The notes under the pieces are model-generated. The model saw only the letters and a list, made by a program, of their open reading frames with translations. It did not search any database and was not told the origin of the DNA. The position numbers and the translations under genes are program-made. A DNA stretch of 64,000 nt, taken from Cycas panzhihuaensis. Its lineage: Eukaryota > Plantae > Cycadophyta. The stretch is from contig CM041465.1 of the NCBI GenBank assembly GCA_023213395.1, forward strand, positions 233,933,741 to 233,997,740. The letters are read 5' to 3'. Every line of letters begins with the position of its first letter. Position 1 is the stretch's first letter. This document shows, one piece after another, positions 40,903 to 53,859 of this stretch.

Positions 40903-41831
40903 TTTCTTATAGATAACTTGGTAAGTAAAGGGATCTCTTGAAGGCTTTTGTTTATAAGCAACTAGAACATGGAGCTTAGGACTTTATTTTCATCATTTCT
41001 CCTCCTCTTTTCTCTCTTTCTCTCTTCATTCTTTAAAATTATTTAGTGCCTATAGGGAAGGGGAAACTCTATAAAACGTTCCCCATAAGTCACCCCAAGG
41101 TATAACTCATCTCAACTTATGTTTTATTTTAATTTCTAGTGATTTGAAGTCTTTGAAAAAAGCTTCTTTTAATCATAAAGTGGTTTAGCTAATTGTTATC
41201 CTACTAGAATTCACTTAGACTTGATTGAACACATATGTGTTATCCCATTTAGGTTGATAACTACCTATAGGGTAGGGGAGGCTCCACCAAATATTTTTAG
41301 CATCCTCTCTCAAGGTACTACTTTTCTAACCCTTCTCTTTATCAATTTCTTACATTTTTATAGAATTATAAGATTTTTTTTTTTCCTTATAAGTCCATCC
41401 GATAAGTAGAAATGCTATCAATTTTTTTATAGATTTCTTTATTATCTTGTTTGTACTTTTGTATGATACTCAATGTTTATCCACCATGTTTATCACATAA
41501 GAAAGGAATATCAGAGAAGAGGATGGATCCTCATTGAGGCTATAAGCATATTCAAGATGCACCTCTTTGTCCTCTTCTTGTCTTTTATTTTTTTTATTTT
41601 CTTTTAAAAAAGAAAAAACATAAATAGAAAAGGTAAAATTTATCCTATAAGGCCCTTTATATATTTCATTTATTTGAAAGAGAGGGAAGAAGAATAAGAC
41701 TCTTTCTCCCTTCCCTTCCTTTGTTTACTTTAAAGAAATATAATAAATAAAAGAGAGTTTTCTCTGTACTTTCTTACCTCTCTTTCCTTTGTTATTTATT
41801 TTTGTTTTGAAAAGAGAGAAAAGAAAAGAAT

Positions 41832-41832
41832 G

Positions 41833-41863
<31 letters not shown>

Positions 41864-41867
41864 GAGA
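41832..41867. repeat. (GA)n microsatellite
   Basis: Direct read. Confidence 0.9.
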
Positions 41868-42564
41868 TGACAGTGGAATACTTATTTTACCTCCTCTTAT
41901 TTCCTTGAAAAAGAAAATAAGAAGAAAAAGTAAAGATTAAGGACAAAGAGGGAGTGTCTATCCTTAGTTTATTTGCATATGTATTGGTTTGCTTAACCTT
42001 TCCCTCTTCTTTGTGTATGTAGTTCTAATTAGAAAACCAAGAGAAAAGGGTAAAATAATATATTTGCATTTCATAGGTGTACTTGTTAGTAATACTGAAG
42101 ATGATATAGGAGTTTCACTTGTTACAAGTCTTCGAACTTGAAAAAAATAGTATCAGGTAAAAAATTTTACCCTAGTCATATAAACATATTATTTTAATCA
42201 GTGTGCCATACTAATCATTTTAGGTTAAATCACTCTCAAGCCATTTTTTCTTAAAAAAAATGGCAAGTGGGTCCCACTAACTAAAAAATCACATATAATC
42301 TCACTTATGCCATCCTAACAAATTCATTACACTTTTCATGTTGCACTAGGTAGGATTATTACCAAATTTTTATCCTATTTAAGTATACTTATACCGAGGA
42401 GATTAACAAGCTATAAACACCTCCACCTCCTACCCTTTTACACTATTCTCACCTCTTAAATCATGTTCTTACTCTCTCGTCCCCTTTCATGGAAACCATT
42501 TCTTCTCCCCTTAATCCCTCTTCTTTCTATCCCCTTCTTCTTTTTCATAGCAACTAGTGGTACA

Positions 42565-44150
42565 ATGGCTTCTATAAAAGTCAAAAGGATCTAAATACTT
42601 GAGTCATCAATCTCTATACCAACATGATACATAATGAAGATGATTTATCTAAAGATATTACCAACCTCAATAATAGTCTCACAATAGTGGCTAGTGATCT
42701 TAGTAACACTCTCATAGAATGAATGAAAAATAGTAATGATATGATCATTAAATATATAATAGATATGGCTTCTCCATCAAACTCAACAGGTGGATCACCT
42801 TTACCAATGCTCCTAATAAGTAGACCATCTCCATAGGTACCCCCATTGCATCCACGAAGGCAAAACCCATTCCATCATAAGATTACCCATTTTTTATCAT
42901 AATCTTAATAAGGGATTAACCAAAACTTGGATCAACAAGCTTACTTGAGTTACATTTTGCCCTTAACCCTATGGCCCTTAACGAGCAGTTAAATTTTCCT
43001 TCCATTCACTTAAACAACAAAGCTCACCATTAGTTTTATTAATGGTAAAAAGAGAACCTTGTATAAATATAGGCCTTATTCTATAAAATCTTCTTCAAAC
43101 AATATGAGGATATATGGAACCAATCCTTCTTTAGGAAACTCACTCAATTAAAGTAGACAACCATAGTTGAAATATACATAGAAAAATTTTATGCACTCCA
43201 TAATAGAATTTTTTAGTAGCTTAACCATAAGATGGTTATTGAAGTATGTATTTCTAGACTAAAGGAGCACATTCGAATGTTCCTAAAGATACTTCCCCTT
43301 CCAAGCCTACAAGATAGCATCCCTATAGCCAAAGTAATAAAAGTCAAATTTGTAATTGAATAATAATCCAACTTTCGATAGGATTTTGGTTTATACTAGT
43401 GTCCCTAGTTTGTAGAGAATAACTCCAATGTCCATGAGAGATTGACCAAGAGCAACTTTCAATAATAATACCTTCTTCTAACCCAATTTACATCCCTCTA
43501 AAAGCAACCAACAGAAGGATGAAAGTTAACCTTTATATGAAATACTTGAAAAAATGGATTCCCAGTCACAGTCAAGTATGTAAAGTAAAAAGGATAATTT
43601 GTACCATTGAGGCTAATTGTGAAGATAACTCTAGCATGGAATATGAAGAGCTTTACTAGGATGTTGATGAAATACCACCCTAAGACCCTTTCTTGCCATC
43701 AAAGCCTGAGGTCTCATTACTAGTTATTTCCTCTATGTCTTGTTTAGAACCTCTTCATGTCAAAGGAACATTTAAGTAAACACCTATTATTATCCTAATC
43801 AATGATGGACTAATGTTATAGTTTATTGATATATCATTAACATGACAACTAAACATGTATATAGTTCTTAAAATCAAATTTACTTATTCTTTCCCCAAAC
43901 ATCTCTCCCTTTTTCGCTCAAGAATGACAAAGAATATACAAATTTAAATAGGTAAGTACATCCTAACATTAGATTTCTATGCTTTATCCAGTAGTGAGTC
44001 CAATGCAATCCTTTGGGTTTAGTGGCTCTAAATGCTAAGCACATGCAACATAAATCATTTTATTAATAACCCTTTCATTTTATTTAAAGACAACCATAGG
44101 TAAACTCATAAACTTCATGGGATACAATCTTCTACAACCAAGCTTATCTC
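42565..44150 (+). pseudogene. Highly decayed Gypsy (Reina-like chromovirus) gag-protease relic
   Basis: Manual translation gives SIHLNNKAHH*F, KLTQLK*TTIVEIYIEKF, CISRLKEHIR, LHVKGTFK*TPIIILINDG (compare ILIDSGSTHNF) and AILWV*WL*ML. Confidence 0.65.
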
Positions 44151-46667
44151 CCCTAGTATTTCACCATAATTGACCCTTCTAGCATGGTTAGACTTATGTC
44201 TTTATTTATTTTCTCAAGTGGCTTACTAATTATGGTATTTTGTGTTTACAAGAGATATCAATTGGCTAGTATCTTAGTTATAGATTTCTTTTGGTTAATT
44301 ATTTCTTAGTCTAGTATTAGGTTTATATATGCTTGAACACTCATCATTTGATTTTAAGTTGATGGATTGCTAATTAGATAACTGAATAGATGTGATTTTG
44401 ATGATCTAATTTTTTCAATGATTAATACTATAACATGATTTAAAGCTCTTTGATATAGTTTACAAACTACTCCAAGTTCCCCCTTTTAAGTTAGTTCCTC
44501 ATTCAACATTATCAAGTGTTTTGATTAATTATGGCCTTATTTCTAGTACTTTTAGCATTTGCCTATGGTGATCTACTCTTTACTAACTTTGGAGGCCTTG
44601 AAAATTCATTTTTTATGAAGATTTCATTTTTTTTTAACTTTTTTTGGCCTTTTTGACTTGTCGTGTTCTCAACAATACCAAAAATGTGACTTTACAAATA
44701 AAATACAACAATTGTATTTTTAGTTATAAGTTGTATTTTTTACTATCATACCTATAATTTTTAAGATAGAACATTGATTTCTCATAATTTCCATTGTGGT
44801 ACCTACCCAAATTTAGAGTTTGACATCACCCTAACTACCCTGATTAACTCATGATTATCTCACCTTCCTCTATTACAAGATTTGGTTATTGTAAATTAGC
44901 AAAACCATAGTTTTATTACCTATCCTTCCTCCTCTTATTTCCTATAAATCCTTACATGTTTTCAAAGGATGGAGGAGAGTCCTTAATGTAATGAAGTATG
45001 GCCTAAGTTTTACTAGCCCTTATTTCTAGTGTCTTGTTACTACTTAGAGGTAGATTGAAGCTCATCTCCTTAAGAGATTATGAACTCTACTAGAGGAATT
45101 GAAGGTCCACTCTTACCTCAGTTACTATCTATTTCTCAGATTCCTCTTCCCACTCACCTACTAAGATCTTCTTCCTATAGTTTTAGCTAATTTTTGTCTT
45201 CATTTTTCTCTCCCACAACATTTATTACTATCAAATTCATCATTCATATGATACTTGGAGCTTAATGGAAACCCATTTAACATGAGTAAAATGTCAATTT
45301 GAGGCACATAATATTGATTTTTTTCCATATTGGAGGTCACTCCTTTGGTGGGTTAAATGTTGGTTTTAGAAATTATATTAGTTTACTTTAAATTCATCTT
45401 CAAAAAAAATATTTAAAAAATAGGCCATCCCATTGTCATTTCTTTCTTTTTCCATCAAAGTTTAATTACTCTTTCTATCTTATTAAGGTGATTGGACTTG
45501 GAATCAAACCAATTTTGATTCCCAAGCCTTTATTACATTGTTGGAATCATAAAACAGAGTTATTTTTTAGTATTAAACTAGTTTCAATTCTTGATTATGA
45601 CTTCCATTAGGCAAGTCCATTCACTTATCTCCTCCTTATTCTGATTCATAACTCGCAAAGTGATTAGTCCCAACATAGGGTTAAAGAAACTAATCCAATC
45701 CTTTGTGAGGAAATGAATGGTAAGGAAGAATAGATTTTCAAGTAATTTGAGTGTCATAACTCTTTTCCATAGAGTTGTGGATAACTCAAATTAGTCACTT
45801 ATCATCAAAATTCCTCATCTACAGTAAAAATGTTGGAATTTTTATAAAAAAATTTAAAGTTGTGTATTTAAAGTTTCCCTTCTAAAAGTGACGATTGTAT
45901 TATATATATTATTGCTTGATTGACCAATGTGCTATATACTAAAGTGGAAGTAATCAAAGAAAGTAAACCCATTGCTTCTTAGCTTTATCACAAGGTACCC
46001 ATCTTATTCTCTAACTTTTGCAACCTTTTTTAAAGTTTCTATAAACTAAGGAAAGGAAGTAAAGGAAAAGGAAAAAGTACTCTCTTGTATTGATTGGTTG
46101 GTTTATTGCTTAATCCCCTCCCCTTGTTTATCTACAAAAGAAAAAGGAAAAGCTTGGAAATTATTGATTAGGTTTAGAATTAAGCAGTAGTGATTGCAGG
46201 TTACTTACCGCTTCCTATTCTTTTATTTGTTATTAAGTAAATCTAAGAGATTAAAAAAGGAAGTGAAAGAATAATAGTTAGAATAATTATAAGTACAATT
46301 AAATATCCTAGACTTCTTTGTTACTTGTCTACTTGATTTTCTTTCACTTCCATTCCATTTAATAATAAAAAGCAAAGAAAGGAAATGAATTACATTTTAC
46401 TTATGCATGATTTGAGTATTTAATTAAATGCATGTTTGCTCATTGTTATTTGCATTCAACTAAACATTGCATACTAGATTTGCATATAGACTTGGTTTGA
46501 CATTGTTTAGTCTCCCTAAGGTAGATTTTGTTACTTACTAAGGATTTTCTTAGTCGTTGAGTACTTGGCATCCCTGGTATATAAGCATGTCCTCTCTTAG
46601 AGATAAATACTTCTCCTAATTAAGAGCTTTTTGATCTATTAGGACCTAACATCCCCAATGTACAAAT

Positions 46668-47653
46668 TGGATGCACATCTATGGGATAGTCACTATGCTC
46701 AATAGAAATGATGGTAGGCAACAATTGATGTTAGAGGTGTGAGCGAAAACCTATAAGCAAAGAGAGCACCACCCAGGGTGCCCCGTGCACCGGAGTGCGA
46801 GTTTGGGACCTGCAAATGGCACCAAACTACCTTAGAGTGGCCCTCAATCTAGAAGAGAGAGTGAATATAGTGGGTAGCCTGGATGGTCTCGAGAGGAAAG
46901 TCCTCCCACCCTTGGGTGGCCAGAAGGGAAGAGGAGGAATCCTTAAGGGGTTTCCCTATGATGAGGGGAAACAAATGTGGATGAGGTAGGCAAAGGCCTA
47001 CAGTGTAAGCAAGTCTCTCTTGGTTATTTGATCTAGGCAAATAAAACCAAGAGAGGGAGTGGAAAGAGGGGCTTAAGCTACGTCTTGCTTTTGACAACTA
47101 AAAGACAAAAGGGAAAAGTAGAACAAGTATTATGCATGCAAGCAAACAATGCTAAACAAAATACATCTAAGGGTATGTTTGGATTGATAAGAAGAGGAAG
47201 AGGAAGGGGGTTCATATTGTATCCTTTTCCTACATGAGACAAGCATACTGCATATGAACGCAAGTAACCAATACCATTAACCTTTCGCTTTCACGTGATC
47301 TATTAAACCTAAGCATAGATTTAAAATAAAAGTAAGAAAGGAAAATGGAAAGGTGAAAAGAGAGATGGTGCGTACCAGGGAGGTGTAGTGGTTGGTGGAA
47401 GACCTCACCTACATGCAATGCACGTCCTTTCGCCAGCCAGTTAATGTGTGATCAAGATCGATGCAAAGGATAGGGGCTTCCTTACCTCCCCCTTATGAAA
47501 AGTAAGGGAGCCAAAAGGAAGCAAATGAAATAAAGGAAAAAAAAGAGAGGGTAAAGCTTACTCGTATTCAGACATATTTCCCCTTCATGAGATATCGCTC
47601 CAAACCTACACACACAAATGTTTAACCCTTCTAAGAAGGGGCTGCAAGAAGAG

Positions 47654-47728
<75 letters not shown>

Positions 47729-49491
47729 AAGTATGTGTCAAAACGTTACATTTAAGTTAGAGAAATCGATGCTATAAATAACTTCAACTCTCCTCCAACA
47801 ACCACACATATCAAGCAAGAAAGAGAGAAGGGAAGCCTTAGGATGGCCCAACCCTCCGCTAAGGTTCTCCACATAGCCTCAAAGTACAACAAGGTAGGGT
47901 CAAATAGTAACTTATGACAGCCAACAAACATAAGAACATGTGTAGCAAGATTGTTAGGGAAGGTATCAAGGCAACAGAGTCACTATGGGCAACGATCCAT
48001 TATACAAGCCCTACCCAAGATCTTTAAGGGATGCCAAGCAATGTTGGGGACACTATAGGGGTCCAAAAGAGAGGCATATAGGCCTAGAATCAGTGTAGCA
48101 AGGGCTACATATGTTGATAATCCAGCGAAGGCCTAAGCTTCACCTTCTCCTAATTAACCCAAGAGAAGCATAGGAGTAGGAGAAGAAAGATGGGAAGGGA
48201 GGTTTCCCTTAGGGAGTAGGCCTAAGTGGGACAGATCCCACCTTACTCCCTTCACCTAGCCTTTATGGATCTTCTCTCATTGCTTTCTTGAGGAAAACTA
48301 GTGGAGAAAATGGTAAAAACCTAAAGATACACAGCTAAACTCAATGGAAACAATGTTTACTACAGTCAAATAGGAAGAAAGCAAGCAAACACACTCAAAA
48401 ATGAGTCTAACATAGAAATAACACAAAATAAACTCTGAAAAAGGGGCCTAAGGTACCTGTTGGGCTTAGTCTAGGGTAGATTTACCCCTACAACCAATGA
48501 AGAAGAAGAGTTCCTATAGGGTTGTATAGGAGGTTTCCCTAAGGGCGACCGTAAGAGACACTTACTGGGGCGAATTGGAAGATAACCATGCCAAACTTGC
48601 TTGAGAGTGCCTGGAGAGGAGCTTCCCACCATAAAGAAGGGTCGTTACAGGCAGATCCTAGACTAGAGCAGCAGGAAATGCAGGCCTGCAGATGCACCTG
48701 TGGAAGAAAGAAAGAGCAAAAGCTACAATAGGAGAAAGTTGAATTAGGGAGCAAAAAAGATCTAAGAGAGGTAAAATGATGATGGCTCTTGGATTTATAC
48801 CCATCCTAGCCCTAAACAAGCGAATAGGACATGAATAGGACTAAGCTGGACATGAGGCCACATGGTAATTCTATAGAAAAGGTGAGAATTGCCATGGCAA
48901 TTTTAAAAAATAACTTACAACTATCGCACCATGGTAAACTTCGCAGTACTGTAGTAAAATTCACGGTACCACTTAGTTTATAGCGGTGTGGCACCAGAAA
49001 GCTAGAATGGCAATAATATGGGTTCTGGGAGCATTAGAAGGTGATGTGGTAGGCCTAGGAGGGGTTGGCCCTCCTGTCTAAGTGGCCAGGATAGTTTAGA
49101 AGGCATGTGGACAAGGTCAAGAGGAGCATCAATGGCTAAAGCTCCCAGAAACGAGGTGATAGGGATGCGAGGTCGGGGTATGAATGGGTCATATAAACCA
49201 AATGAGGTTTGAGGCAATGTGGAGGTAGCACGAAGGATCGTAGCGTGCCATGGGGATGCCTACCTTGTGGAAAGGTAGGTCCTATTAGGTCGTCATAGGC
49301 TCACAATATGACAAGCAACATGATCAAGCCAAATGGATGTAATGTTATCATACAAATGAAGCAGTCAATCATGGAATGAGGTAATACTTCTGTCAATCTT
49401 TCCAAAGAAATAGTAGAAGTGAAAAGGAAGAAGCATACCTGTGCCTACCTGAGTCGACCTATCTGTATCTATTCCTAGTAACTAGGAAACA
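46668..49491 (-). repeat. Element C 3' LTR (2824 bp), includes (TA)n at 47655-47726
   Basis: Colinear with 58159-60970. Confidence 0.95.
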
Positions 49492-49913
49492 CCGTCCCCT
49501 TGGCAGTAGAGCCTCACTGCTCAAAACCATGGTGCGATGGTGAATGCTGGAAACAAAACTATTAGTAGCACATGTGTATGTACATATATAAATCATGATC
49601 ATAACAAGAGTCAAGGGTATCGACAAGTGTCATGGCAGAACGTGTGGACACGAGGACATGGGTGGAGACAACATAGGGGCTACCTATGTGCCACCTGAGA
49701 ATCGACTAGAAGCTAAGAAGGATGAGGGGGTTGCCCCCATCGTAAGAGTGCAAAGAGAAGTGCATGATGATGCCAAGAAAAGGGGTAAATGAGCAAACTT
49801 GGTAGTCGCCATAGTTTAGCCTCATTAGTGGCTAGCTTTTAGAGGTGCAAATAAATCATAAAGTGATCTACATGATGACCTGAGACTTGGGTGACAGAGC
49901 AACTGGGTAAGTC

Positions 49914-50393
49914 TTAGGGGTAGTCAATAAGAAGGGGAAGGCGATGCTCAAGGATGAGGTGAACGAGGCTGTCTGCCTCAGCGTTGAGAGCCCACGGGAT
50001 ATGTCGGATGTCGACAGACTAGAAATTAGCCAGCAGGGATCTGGCGGTCGAAGCGAGGGCTCTCAAGTAAGGGTATCGCACCTGGTAAACTTGGGTGAGA
50101 TGGGACACCACTACTTAGGAGTCGCAAAGAAGAACAATAGATCCATGATGGAAACCGAGTGCATCAATGAGGGCTTTGATAATGGCCGTGTACTCGGCTT
50201 CATTATTGGTGGCCTCAAGGAGGAAGATTTTGAAACACAAAAAATCATGTTCAGATGGGCCGCGAAGAATCCATGCTAGGATAGTGAAACGAGCCAAACG
50301 AGTATAAACTCGGGCATAAACAGGAGTGACATGTAAAACGAGACAGGAGGGCCCTGCAAAAATGCATCGACGAGGCACCATAAATGCATCCAA
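49914..50393 (-). pseudogene. Archaeal-type RNase H (aRH) domain, same strand as gag, next to the 3' LTR
   Basis: LAWILRGP..ATNNEAEYTAIIKALIDA..LLCDS*VVVSHLTQVYQVR..F*SVDIRHIPWALNAEADSLV in a single frame; both internal stops are explicable as CAA>TAA and CAG>TAG. Confidence 0.88.
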
Positions 50394-50527
50394 AGGAATG
50401 AGCGAAATTGAAGGCTATGGAAGTGCAATGGGAAATAGGACCAGAAAGCAAAGATGATCGGGGATGAGAAATGGTCTCAACGGCTGTCACAGCAATGGAA
50501 TTGAGAAAGTGCCCACTGGGGCCCCTG

Positions 50528-50538
50528 CCTATATAAGG
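50528..50538. promoter_or_regulatory. TATA-like motif CCTATATAAGG between the aRH and PMD genes
   Basis: Near-palindromic TATA-like motif in a GC-richer context; function is inferred only. Confidence 0.5.
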
Positions 50539-51206
50539 AAAATCGATGAAAACAGAATTCATTTTCATGAGCTCTCGAACGAATCCAGAGCCCTTTCCTT
50601 ACACAGTGGAGCGCCACCCGACTTTAGAGGCATACAGAGAGAGATCTGACCATTAGATCGAGGCCAGGAGATAGTCATTAGGACCGCAGAGACGAGATGG
50701 CAAGTGCTCGACTAGACCCAATGAGTGGATCTTCGAAACCATAACCCATCTTGCAATTTGAAGTTCATATCTTTTTATTATTTTTGTGTATATTTTTGGG
50801 CCCCATATGGGTGAAAAAAGGATCTCCAAGAGTCCAAACTGGACCCAGAGAGAGGCGAGACCAGGGCATTAGGCAGCCATGGTCCCAGTGGGCCTGGCTG
50901 TAGCCTGCTGGAAGAAAAAATTTTGATTTTTTTGGGTGGGAAACCCTCCCTTTTGGGGGGGTGATGTTTGCACTGCATCAAAGATTGCAGTGCCGTGATC
51001 TTTGTTGCAGGGCCACGCTCACCGTAGGACCTTCACCAAACTCTATGGTACCATAAAGTTTGGCGCAATGCAAAGCTAAAGTAGCTAAAAAATAAAGATG
51101 GGGGCTCGAGGGTCCCCAAATCTCGACTGAATAAGGCCAAGAGATAGTTTAGAGGATAAGGGGTGATAATGGGTTATGTTCTGACTTGTTTCATGGTGTT
51201 TTACAG

Positions 51207-53143
51207 GTTGTGATCGTGGTGGAGAACCACGAAAACATAGGTATGGCTATGCTCAGTTTTATAGAGATGATGTCGCAGGAGGACAAGCAGATATTGCTGA
51301 GATGTGGCCTACTGAAGGTCACGAAGACACCCTAGTACACATCAGATCAGAGATTATTGGCAGATATGGTGTCCCACTAGGACAAGCAAAGACATGTCTT
51401 CCACCTACCCCAAGTGGGGGATGTATCGATGACACTGGGAGATGTCAGGAGGATATTGGGGGTACCAGTGACAAGGAGGCCAGTGACACTAAGAGCGCTG
51501 CCCAGCAATAAGGCAGCACATAGGGAGGCTGCTAGTTTCTTCACAGGCTCATATAGGTGGGAGAGGCGAGGGATATCTCTCCAGAGCATGGTAATGTCAG
51601 GGGTTCTTGGAGTGAGGAAGTTGATTGCATTGTGCATTCTATTCCGGATATCCCAGAAACAGAACTATAAGGACATTCCAGGTGGTTAGATGGATGCAGT
51701 ATGCCAATGTGAGGCAAGAGAGAAGATGGACTAGGCTACCCCCATAGTGGAGAACCTCATTGCATAGTTGGACGCCATTCAGATAGTAGGGAGGGGTAGA
51801 CTATCATATAGTATGCTACTATAATGCTGGTTTTTTCGACCACTTTGGAGCAGTGGTGTCGACAAGGGGACCACACCCTATCTTAGAGTAAGCCCTGATG
51901 GTACATAGGTGGAGGACTAGATTCATAGGGATCGAGGACCAAGCTCATGTCTGTTGCTCGGTGGAGGCCACATCACTAGACCTCCTCACCATGACAGATT
52001 ATATTGCAGATCCATACAGAGCAATGAGGTGGGATAGAGATGACGAGACAGGTAGGGCAGGAGTGCCCCCAAGAGATGACAAGGGTGGCGATGGAGGTGA
52101 TGGGACTGGCCCATCACGAGCTGTAGGAGAGGCAGGGCTATTAGGGATTGCATGGAGGGAGGTAAGACCATCTAGGACTGCAGGTGGAGAGGCAGGCCTG
52201 TTAGGAGCTACAGAGGAGAGCAGGGCTCCGGTGACACGGGCCCGTAGGCTACAGATCATCAGGAGATCTGGAGAGGCTGTTACACCAGCTAAGGAGAGGA
52301 GGGATGCCCCAGTTGCTGAGGTGTTACCAAGGAGGTACCTGAGAAGGAGGAGGTACCTGCAGCTGGTGGAGTACTCGAGGTAGAGGCAGTCGTCTGAGGA
52401 GAGGAGCCGACGGCTGCACTAGGTGAGATATAACCTTCTCCTGTCGTCGTTTAATTGCCAGATATACATATATAGTTTGATTTTAGTTCGATATGCGTGT
52501 GGACATATACTGATACATGTTGTTGGATTATAGGTATAGCAGATATCCAGAGACTAGTGGAGGTGGTAGTCTGAGAGATATTCCCTCAGGCCTACGCAGA
52601 GGGTAGCCTCCCATCCAGGCAGGCGATGAGCCTAGATCAGTAGGTGGCCACACAATAGCCTTTGCTCCATTGATAAAGGAGAGAGACATATGGGTAGTAG
52701 AGTCCCAAGAGAACGAGGCACGTGTAGGACAACTACAAGCAGAGATGGACACGACCCAAACTGAGAGAGATGCACTACAGAGTTGGGTACATGCACTAGA
52801 GGCTCAAGGAGGATCCATAAGGGATATAGAGGGCCGCATCCAGCTAGCAATGATGGAGGAGCATCTCAGAGGGATGGAGGAGAGGCTCCACAGCGTGGAG
52901 ACTGATCGAGATTACATCCAGGCCCGATATGATTGACTGGTAGATGGGCTGGCATCGTGGTCGACGTGGAGAAGGACATATACCCACACAATGGCAATGA
53001 CCCTAAGGAGGCCATGGGATGAGGAGAGCAGAGCAGGAGGCTCCCAGAGATTGAGGAGGAGTCTCGGAGGGATGTGATCCCCAGGAGAGGGATCGCATTG
53101 GCCAAGAGATGATGCCCCAGGGGCAGGGCATCAGTAGAGTAGT
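51207..53143 (+). pseudogene. Antisense extra gene: Plant Mobile Domain (PMD, aminotransferase-like) + G/R-rich repeats + coiled-coil; putative intron 52423-52533
   Basis: DQRLLADMVSH*DKQRHVFHLPQVGDVSMTLGDVRRILGVPVTRRPV matches the PMD signature (LL.ALVERW...THTFHLP.GE.TITL.DV..ILGLP..G.PV); later MD*ATPIV, LL*CWFF and LDLLTMTDYIADPY; acceptor TTTTACAG at 51206; heptad-like E/Q/R-rich ORF at 52670-52936. Confidence 0.82.
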
Positions 53144-53859
53144 GTATATGAGTTTTATTTTCGATAGCGGAAAGCACGGACCTCCAAGGAGTCACCATAT
53201 ATAGTCATATAATTGTACCCTCCCTGTAAGGACACCGGCTTCCCACAGATGATGTACCATACCATTTGTATAATATGACACATGATTATTTTGATGTATA
53301 CAGACGGGGTGATTGATACCCCATTTGGCATATGATGATGTGTATCATAATGTGTGATGGATGATATGTATGTTTCTATTTACATGTTTACATATGTGTA
53401 TGAGGGTGCACAGATGCACGAGGATATGCATGATTGTACTTTAAGCTGATTATTATATGATTTTTGTGTTATGATGTTTGTTCAAGTTATGTACATTTCC
53501 TTTCATGCGGGGCCATGTTCCTAACAGGAGCACACACGATCACCATGAGTAGAGGTGATAGACATATGTGGGGCTAGGAAATAAGGTGACACATATGTCC
53601 ATATGGGAACATAGTGGGATATACAAAGGAAATACCAAATAAGACAGGAGTGACGATACTCCAAAATGTCATCCTAATTGGGGAATGCCCAAATAGGAGA
53701 ACAAGGTTCCAAGGAAATGGGAATAAGGGTTCTACGGGAGGAACCAAAAAGAGACAAGAAGGCCACCCTAAGTTGTCATTCCACCCGTGGCTAGGAGGAA
53801 TGGGAACAAGCTTAAGATGGTAGTTTAGGCTCATTTCAAAGCATGAATAAGGTGATGAC

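Noticed and set aside
49944-50279. 111-aa plus-strand ORF
   Set aside because: Antisense shadow of the aRH coding region.
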